A DNA stretch of 64,000 nt from Camelus dromedarius. Taxonomy: Eukaryota. Location of the stretch: positions 46,252,001 through 46,316,000 of the forward strand of contig NC_087451.1 in NCBI RefSeq assembly GCF_036321535.1, in the 5' to 3' direction. Positions 18,097 through 27,300 of the stretch are shown one piece after another. Within the stretch, counting starts at the first letter, position 1. Each line of letters opens with the position of its first letter. The notes under the pieces were generated by a model. That model was not told the origin of the DNA, did not search any database, and worked only from the letters and a program-made list of their open reading frames with translations. The translations under genes and the position numbers were made by a program.

Positions 18097-18360
18097 ATGT
18101 GCCAAGTGGAGTTTGAAATGGCCTGCGCTGCTATCAAGCAGTTGAAAGGGCCGGTGAGTGATCGGGAGAAATTGTTGGTGTACAGCTTCTACAAACAGGC
18201 CACTCAGGGCGACTGCAACATCCCTGCCCCGCCTGCCACCGATGTGAAAGCCAAGGCCAAGTGGGTGGCGTGGAATGAGAACAAAGGGATGTCCAAGATG
18301 GATGCCATGAGGATCTATATTGCCAAAGTGGAAGAACTAAAGAAAAATGAAGCTGGCTAG
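18097..18360 (+). CDS. DBIL5: Diazepam-binding inhibitor-like 5 / endozepine-like peptide (testis acyl-CoA-binding protein), 87 aa, intact and intronless
   Basis: [91 protein letters not shown]-family motifs (YxxYKQATxGD, KW-AW, AMxxYI) are present. The position head-to-head with GEMIN4 matches the DBIL5 locus; AATAAA follows 120 nt downstream. Confidence 0.95.
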   Translation: MCQVEFEMACAAIKQLKGPVSDREKLLVYSFYKQATQGDCNIPAPPATDVKAKAKWVAWNENKGMSKMDAMRIYIAKVEELKKNEAG

Positions 18361-18479
18361 GGAGGACAGAGTGTCAAACAGAATGAAGTAGCATGGCTCT
18401 TCTGGTAGGGAATGGGGCTTCTTAAAAGACCTTGATGGCAGAAATGTCCCGAAACCGTAACAACCGAATCTGAGACATC

Positions 18480-18485
18480 AATAAA
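18480..18485 (+). terminator. DBIL5 polyadenylation signal AATAAA
   Basis: 120 nt after the stop, followed by a GU-rich stretch. Confidence 0.75.
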
Positions 18486-19215
18486 TCACTTAAGCTGCAT
18501 GATAGTGGTTGTCTGCTGTTGGAAAACTGATGAACTCAAACTGATTGTGAGAGTTCTGGGGAGGTATCCAGAATGTATAAAAAGCATCTCTCCTTTAGGG
18601 AAAGTTCCATCAAACTGGCTTTCTGTGTGATTCTGAGTAGAAAGTTCCCAGCCTTCCTATTGCCAAAGCACATGTAGATACTTGGCAGGAGCAGAGGAAC
18701 TGGAGGAGAATCATGCTTTGAAATGCTCCAGATTTGAGGTCAGTGAGACCATTCTCCAGAGTCTTAGCCTCGGGCAGTGAAGGGGGAAAGGGAGAGGAGG
18801 CTAAGCCCCCTTACCTCTTCAGGGCTTGTTCATTCACTGCTAACCAACATTACAGAGGGGAAAGGGGCTTTGTCTTCCAAAAAGCTAAAGTCAAGTCCTA
18901 TTATCAAAAGATCCTACTGAACACAGGCCTGATGAAGTTACTATTTTGAGGGAAGTCAAACTTTCAGTGAAGTAACTGGTGAATTGATGCATCCATCACA
19001 GCACAGCAGTTGAGAAACACTGGAACAGATGGTTTCAAAATCCCAGCCTCTGAAAGACTCATTTAAAGCCACGCAACCAAAATTTTCCTGGGGCTCCTCC
19101 CTTAGCTAACCTTGATTTCTGCTTGGGGATGTTTATGGGACAATATGCATACATATGTAAATGGGATTTATTTTAGGAGCACAACACATCCCTTGACCCA
19201 TGCAAAGGCTAGGCT

Positions 19216-19717
19216 TGTTGCAGAAAAATGTGTTACAGCTTGGTGTTACAGCTCAGTGTTACAGCTCAGTTGTGACAGCAACCTGGATCACTCAGAGACT
19301 TGGAGAACTCAGAACTCAGGTTTATTACACCAGCAGGCCCAAAGGAGTTAACACTCCAAGCTCTGGACCCTGTCTGTAGGTTTACACAGGCTTTTATAGG
19401 CTGCCAGTTCACACTCTGCAATATCATATGCAAATAAGGTATAACAAAAGTTGATTAATCAGGAACACGCTTTGTAGAAATGGACCAATCAGGAGGGAAA
19501 GAAATAACCAATCAGGAGTGAAGGAAATAAACAATGAGGAGTGAGCTCAGGGAACCAATAGAATTTTAGGGGTAAGTTCCACTTTCCTAGAAGTAAGCCC
19601 TTTCAGAGGCAAAAAGTGAGATAGAGCCTCTGGGCCAGGGAACCGGATGGTGCTGGCAGGAGAGTAATGGCCCTGCCTGAGGGTCCTGCTGGGCTTTTTA
19701 TGGGGCTTTCCACCTCA
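19216..19717 (-). mobile_element. ERV1-type solo LTR, 502 bp
   Basis: TG...CA termini, 4-bp TSD GGCT (19212-19215 and 19718-19721), minus-strand TATAAAA (19398-19392) and AATAAA (19326-19321), CCAAT repeats, octamer. Confidence 0.82.
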
Positions 19718-19885
19718 GGCTAACTGAGCTCAGCTTTGCTCTTAGTGTTATGATGGCGGCATCAATGTACATGGGGCACTGGGATATGGAGTGCTAAGTG
19801 GTATTATTATTAAAGGCATGTCAGAGAAAAAAGTCTGCTGTGGCACAGAATTTCCCAATACTTTTCCTCAATTAAAAACGATTTT

Positions 19886-20028
19886 GGGGGGGGGGGGAAG
19901 TATAGATCAAGTGGTAGAGCACATGCTTAGCATGCACAAGGTCCTGGGTTCAATCCCCAGTACCTCCCATTAAAAACAAGCCTAATAACCCCCCTCCCCC
20001 CAAAAAAACAGTTTTCATAGCTCATGAT
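19886..20028 (+). mobile_element. Vic-1-type SINE
   Basis: A/B boxes (GGTTCAATCC), G-run-expanded head, A-rich tail, imperfect TSD. Confidence 0.9.
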
Positions 20029-21199
20029 ACCAGGTCAGCCCCAGTTCATGAAGGATTATTAAACAATAGAAGCAACAACCATAAAGAAGACTTCAGGGGA
20101 TCAAGGAAACCAAATCTCACCAGGTATCTTCAAGATCTTCTGTTCACATATTTGCAGGAAGTTGCTAAAGACTAAGTATATTAAGAATGAAGTAGACTCA
20201 GGATACCACAGTGACTAAAGAACTATTCGTTGTAACTATAAACTGGGCAAGACCTACACTCCACAATAGTGTTGTTCTCTCTTCTTCGGAAGATATTAAC
20301 ACATTCTGATGCTTTTAGGACCATGATTCACATTAAATGTGAACAATAAAAGTAATAGAACATCTTGCTCCAAAATGTGTTGTCAATTTAGGAGCTGTAG
20401 GTATAGCAATACCATTCTGTAAAATCATTATAAAACCTGGTAAAATGGAACCACAATTAGGACTACAGCCGGCAACTGCAGGATGCATCATTTAAAAAAA
20501 AAAAAAGGTACAAGCTACACAGTGTGCTAAATTTTGTGGGGAAGAGGGAGAAAATAAGAATATATTTTTTATGCTTAATAAATATGAGGCAGGAGGAGTG
20601 GGATTGATGGGACAGGTAGGAGCAAGACTTTTCAATGAGTACTTTTTAATGTAGTTTTGATTTTTGAACCACTGACTCTATTACATAATGAGGACTGAGC
20701 CAAGGGCACTTCTCTGCTGCTCTTTAAGGCCAGGGTAAATTTCCTACAGGTTTCCCAAGGGTAAAGGTAAGAAATCTTAAACCAAATTGAAATTTCCCAT
20801 TAACTCTTACCGTACATTTCAGTGGACAGGTTGGAGCCCTCCTGAAAACTGCTAAATCACAACGACATTGTACGACAAGTGGCAGGAGAGATGGGCAGAA
20901 AGTTACATTAAGGAGCACTAAATGTCTATGGCTTTGCTAATTCCACCCAGATGTCAGACAATTGTGGACTTCATACTAACTCTCCAGGCTAACCTGAGAA
21001 CTCCCACCATATAGCCACTCTAAATCTCTGTGGATTTAAACTCAAGAGGTCTTTTAACTTAATATGCTAGGACCACAACCCCTCAAGTCAAAAAACCAAA
21101 ATGGCTACTCTGAAAACACAACTCTGAAGAAACTGAAGAACTTTCCAATTTCATCTGTTTAAAAACACCAGCTTGGGCAAAACTATCTTTAAACCTTTA

Positions 21200-21290
21200 G
21201 GGATGGGTACAGCTCAGTGGTAGAGCTTACCTTAGCATGCATGAGGTCCTGGGTTCAATCCCCAGCGCCTCTATTAACAAACAAAACAAA
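21200..21290 (+). mobile_element. Vic-1-type SINE, short form
   Basis: tRNA head plus A tail only; AAACCTT direct repeats on both sides. Confidence 0.88.
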
Positions 21291-22280
21291 AACCTTGCTT
21301 AGTAGTTGATCATACCATCCCCAGAGGTGGGAAAGTAATCACAACTTTTGGTTTAAAATTACTAGCTGCACTGTGCAGAGGTAAACTTTTGTTATTACTT
21401 GATAAAAGGCCAAAGTTGTTAAGTGAATGGTTTTAGAATTAATAAAATGTTACAGATTACAACAAAAGAAAAAATGACAGGCATGAGTTAAAAGGAGGAG
21501 TGATATCATAAAGCTAAAATGTCCCAGGTAGATAAACAGCATTCACTTCTATCATGGAGAGCTGTACATTTATGAGAAAAAAAATGGGGGATATATTACA
21601 ATATAAGATAAGCAGACAAAGAGGAATCTATTAAGTGTTTAGTACTTACATAAAGCACTTACTTTATTGTAACAAACTTAGAAGGTCGTATCATAGCAGC
21701 CTACCACCGTGGGAAAAGTACACTTTCTTTTCAGAACAGTACTACTAGAGATAAATGTCATTGATTTCATAATAATCTAATACAAAATCTGTGAATTGAC
21801 AAATCATAGTCAAAGAGACAGAGTTTACCTGGTTATTCAAAATTTATATCATAATTTCCCCATATGTAGGAAAAAAGTTGAACTAACTGTCCAGAGAAGG
21901 AGTATATATATAGCTTGGTTTGCTTTGAAAACTCCTTTTTTTCTGAGCTGCTTCCCTAAGATCAAGAATTGAAGTTGTACTGTGGAGCAAGGAAAGGATT
22001 TTTTCTCTTAGTGAAGGTAAGATCATGCTATAAGAAGGTGAGCTGAAATTTAAGGCTGAAATTTCCCTACCCCTCCCTGCCAGCAAGGGAGAACAGCAGA
22101 GCCTGTCACTTACAAGTAATTTCATGTATATTATGCTGGAACTGGTATCCTCTGAGTCAACCCTTTCCAATCTCCTCAGTTTCTTTCCCTGAAGTTTGAA
22201 CCTGGCCACCACTTTTTAAATAATGAGTCTTACAGACGGGTTTTGACAGTTTGATTTCAGAAGCATAATTTCAAAAGATA

Positions 22281-22286
22281 TTTAAT
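22281..22286 (-). terminator. Candidate GLOD4 polyadenylation signal ATTAAA
   Basis: About 790 nt after the stop. Other hexamers exist (e.g. AATAAA at 21663-21668), so the site is unproven. Confidence 0.4.
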
Positions 22287-23069
22287 AATAACTATGCTCA
22301 ACTTAATTGTTTCCAGTTATTAAAATTGATTTGTGCTGCAGAATCAAATATTTAAAAAAAATTTTTTTTCAGGCTGAAGAAATCATCTAATCTACTAAGA
22401 AATCTAACATGTTCTCTTCTTATGAGGATTAAGTATATATGTATATATAAAGAAACTAGCACAGAGCCAGGCATGTAGCAACACGACACATTTGATCCTT
22501 CCATCTGTTTTCTCTGGCTACCCAAAATTTTAAAGCAAGGAATGTGGGAGTGTAACCAAAATCTTTTGGTTCAAAACACAAAATTTCTTTAAAAATTTTT
22601 GTACGTAAAGGTCTGCCAGAGTAAGACATTCGAAGAGCAAACTGTCGTCAGATGCTGGAAGTACTCCTGCTGTAAGCAACTGAGTTGGATTTATTTGGAT
22701 TTAGTTGTTCTCATTAAATCTACATGGTTATCAAAATTTTCTCCATCCCCAACCAGAGGTATTGTTCCACATAGCCATCCCAGGCTGGAGAGTGATTTAT
22801 TACTAATCTAATACAGTTACACACAGAATGTGCGCCTCCAGTGACAGTGCAGATTACAGTAAGGGTGCTCCTCTAAATGGACTGATAGGATTTTCTAAAA
22901 CATCATCAGAGCTTTCGAAGATTAACATACACAAATCTTTACCACTCCAGCCTCCTTGCCTGTACAGTAAACAACCAAGTTGTGAGAGCACTTATCATAC
23001 AATGCATACGTCAGGCCTCACAGGTGTTCGACAGGAATCACAAATGCTTGTTTCACGTGATGTCTTCTG

Positions 23070-23135
23070 TTAACCTGAAGCCTTTGGTTTATTTCGTACA
23101 GCAAACCATTCATCACTTTTATCTTTCACCATTGC
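23070..23135 (-). CDS. GLOD4: GLOD4 coding exon 9 (last)
   Basis: CTCTTTCTATAG|[21 protein letters not shown], stop TAA. Confidence 0.93.
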   Translation of the reverse strand, partial: AMVKDKSDEWFAVRNKPKASG

Positions 23136-24345
23136 CTATAGAAAGAGAATTAGAATATTTATTTATTCTAAGTGCACCAAATAAAACATATAGTCTACTT
23201 TGTACCGCACTGCACTGACCACAATAGAGAAATGAACAATTAAAGGTGCTCAGTCAGTATTTATGTTTGACAGAGGGTGCAGGGGGGTACGGAGCAACGG
23301 CTTGTCCATTCTCACTTTGCAGAGTAAAGGGCAGAGCTGCAGCCAGGAAGTGTGGCTGCCCACTGACGGGAGACAAGGCCCGAGCACACCAGGCTGCAGG
23401 CTCTTTGGTGGACAGGAAGTGCTGTCACTCTTGGCATCTGGCTGGGCTCTCAAGAATCTTTAGTTTTCTGGGGACTCTAATCATGAGAAATGTGAAAAGC
23501 TATTTTGACATTTTAGTAATGAGCCTAGAACAAATGATTTCCTTTTTCCATGCCTCCTCCCATACCATTCCACTGATGTTGGTAATATTTGGTTGGTTTG
23601 GGGCCTCTTAATTAAAAAAGAATCCTTGTTAATAATATGTTTTGGTTCCACCAGAGTCCTTTTATTCTATTATTCCATGAGGCTGAGGCCACAGAGGTGG
23701 GTTTGCAGGGAGGGTTGTGCTTAGAACTGAAGTCTCTTAAAATTTCCAGTCTTTGTGTGGGAGAGACTTACACCACCTACCAGCCTGTGGGGCCAAAGCA
23801 GTATCCTTATAATAACCTCTACCTGGAATGAGGCGGCGAGCCCAGCAGACAACCTGAGCCAGTGGTTCACTGTGAGATCTGAGGAAGCTTCGTGGGCTTT
23901 GTGTTCCCTAACTGACTCCCTCAATCCTACAGATTAACCTTATTGAAACCCCTAATAAAACTCAGTGCTGTGGGGAAAAAAAAAATCTGGTCCAATACAA
24001 CCAAGCATAGGCTAAATAGCTATTTGGTAGGAAAATACATTCATTTATTCATCAAAAAGCAAGTACAGAATTACAGTCAGCCCTCTGTATCCACAGGTTC
24101 TGTATCTGTGGATACGCAGGGCTATGGGACTTAAGCATCCTTGGATTTTGGTATTCCCAGTGGGTCCTGGAACCAACCCCCCGTGGATACTGAGGGACAA
24201 CTGTATCTTTAAAATGCCAGTTTTCATTATGAGCTAGATATTATGCTGGGTTCAGGTGTGGAAGCAGAGACAGTCTGAGGCTTTGAGGAGCATATAGAAT
24301 AGTTGAGGACGCAGATATGGAAACAGCTATTTTGCACAAGGGCAT

Positions 24346-24382
<37 letters not shown>

Positions 24383-27300
24383 TTGGGGTATTTGCTGTAA
24401 TAGAACCACAAAGTGTTATCAGACCAAAAGGAAAGGAGTAACTAACTAGTAGGAGAAATAGTGTGAAAACACTTAGCAGGAAGTCAAAAGATGTCTGCAA
24501 CTGAAAATGAAGAAACAGAAACATACAGGGGGAGGGTATAGCTCAAGTGGTAGAGTGCATGCTTAGCATGCACAAGGTCCTGGGTTCAATCCCCAGCACC
24601 TCCTCTAAAAATAAATAAATGGGCCTAATTCCCCTCCCCAAATAAATAAAATAAAATTAAAAAAGAAACATACACATTTTTCATTTAGAAACAGTAAAGC
24701 TGAAAGTGGCTGCAGTGGGACTCTGCAAGATGGGGCAAGACACCACTGCACTGCACTCATAAAAAATCTTAGTATTATTTGATTTTTTATTTTGATGAAA
24801 ATAAAATGGATTTAAAAATCAAAAATATGCAAAACAGAACAAAAAACCCCCACAACGATACAGAAGTTCCTGTCTTTTAGGAGCCATCAAAAGTGAGCAG
24901 AAACAACAAACTGTTGTGGAAAACACAAGAAAGCTTCTGAATCTTGAAAGATGAGCTGAATAAGAGGGAAGGGGAAATAAAAAAAACCCAACTCTTGGGT
25001 GGAGGCAAGAAGATACATCTTGGTTAATATAAACAGTTCACTGGGACTGGAATGGGGTGAGTTAGGGAGGAGAGGCAGCACAGATCAGGGCCAGACGTGT
25101 GACAGGCTCTGCCAGAGTCTGGAACTTATCTTGGAGGCAACAGAGAGCCATTAGAAGATTAAACAGTTTTTCAAATTACTGGATTTGTGCTTTAGAAAGC
25201 TAATGCTGGCAGCAGGGATTGACTAGAAAAGGGAAGGAGGCTTTTGCAGTATTGTGGGTGAAAATGAGAGCCTTTTCAAAAGGGAAGTTGACAGACAAAG
25301 AATTTCAGAGGTAGAACTCAGCTCTTGGTGACTAACAGCTAATAGAATTTAGGGGTGAGGAGAAACAATATTCAAAAATGGCCCTGTTTGTAAATCTAAA
25401 ATTATCCTAAAATAAAAAGCATATTAAATGTTTAAAAAAAAAACTGGCTCTGAGGATTACAGCTTAAACAACTGGGATAACAGATACACAGTGCTGCTCA
25501 GAGGAGGGAGCAGGGTATAAGAGGAAGGAAAAAAACTGGCTTTGAAACCTGAAAGGCCTCTGTGCAAGCCCTCACCCTGCCACTTACTGAATGTACAATA
25601 TTGGGTGACTTACTCTTTTGAGCCTCAGTTTCCTCATCTGAAAGGGGAATGCCACCTACCTTGCAGATTATGGTAAAAGCTAGAGAACATATATAAGGCA
25701 CTTAAGAAAATGTCAATATAGGACTTGATTAATAAAAGTAACTTATTTTTCCTTTTTTTTTTTTTAATGGAGGTACTGGGGATTGAACCCAGGACCTTGT
25801 GCATGCCAAACACGTGTTCTACCACTGAGCTATCCCCTCCCCCTATTTTTCCATTATTAAACGAAGAATGGATTGGAAGTAAGACATTAAGTTACGGACA
25901 CATGGAGTTGAAACGTCCATGGTTTATGAGTGAAGAGGTTTCTTTGGCTGTAACACTAGTCTAACACAAAAAACACTAGGTATAAAAGAAAAAGCTGGTA
26001 AGTTGGGCTTAAAGAAATTTCTGCTTGAGGGAGGATACAGCTCACTGGTAGAGCACGTGCTTAGCATGCACGAGGTCCTGGGTTTAATCCCCAGTACCTC
26101 CATTAAAATAAATGAATCTAATTACCAGCCCCTCTTCCCACATACGCAAAAAGATCATTAAAAAAGATTTCTGCTCTTCAAAAGATCCTGTTAAGAAAAT
26201 AAACAGGCAAGCCATCAGGAATAGTACTTGCATTTGCAGATAATTAACAAATGACTCATATCTAGAATTCCAACAAATCAACAAGAGGTAATTTTTTTAA
26301 AAACATGGATTTAAATGGGCCTTGAAAAATAAGCAAATATTCAAATGAGAGAAGGGCCACTTTAGGAGAATAAAAAAATGTGAGCAAAGACACACAGAAT
26401 GAAAATAAATTCATGTTTAGAGCTTAGAGCATAGACAAGGATGGCTAAAATGTAAAATAGATCAGAGGTGTGTCTTCCAATTAGTGTACCACAATACTCC
26501 ATGGATCAGATAAATTATATAATCTAATTACATGAAAGCTAATTAAAAAATACATAGGGAAAACCAACTGTATAAAACCATTTTTAGAAGATCAGGTTTA
26601 ATACGAACTGGATTTTAGGAGACATTAAAGATATACTGTTGATTTTTTAAGTGTGACAAGGTCAATATGGTATATAAAGAAATTCCTTAATTTTTACTTT
26701 TGAATTGTCTTAGATGTGTAAAATACTTAAGTATTTAGGGTTGAAATGACATAGTATCTGAGATTTGCCTTAAAATTCTCCAACAACCCCTCCTCCCCCA
26801 CCAAAAAAAAAAAAAAAGAGCGGGGGTGGAAAGGAATGATAAAAAATTGTGACACAGAGTTGATTGGTGACAGTCACATAGGGATCTGTTGTACTCTCTT
26901 GTGTATATTTGCAACTTTTAGCCATGAAGTATTAAACATAAAATCTGTTATGGAAAGAAACAGACAAAAAACTTGAACATACAATTCACCAGAGAAGACA
27001 GCCAAATGGCCAATAAGCATATTAAAAGGTGCTCAAAATCATTAGTCATCAGGGGAATGCAAATTAAAACTACAGTGAGACACTGCTTTACATGTACTAG
27101 GAGAGCTAAAACCAAAACCCCCCAAAACACAAATGTTGGTGAGCATGTGGAGCAGCTGGAATTCTTATACATACAAGGCTGACAGAAGTGTAAAACAGTT
27201 CAATTACTCTGGACAACTGTTTGGCAGTTTCTTAGAAAGTAAAAGCAATTCTACTCCTAGGTACCTCCCCCGCAAAAATGAAACATGTCTACAAGAAGAT

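Noticed and set aside
21883-22212. 109-aa minus-strand ORF beyond the GLOD4 3'UTR
   Set aside because: No recognisable family and no clear splice support; length within chance expectation
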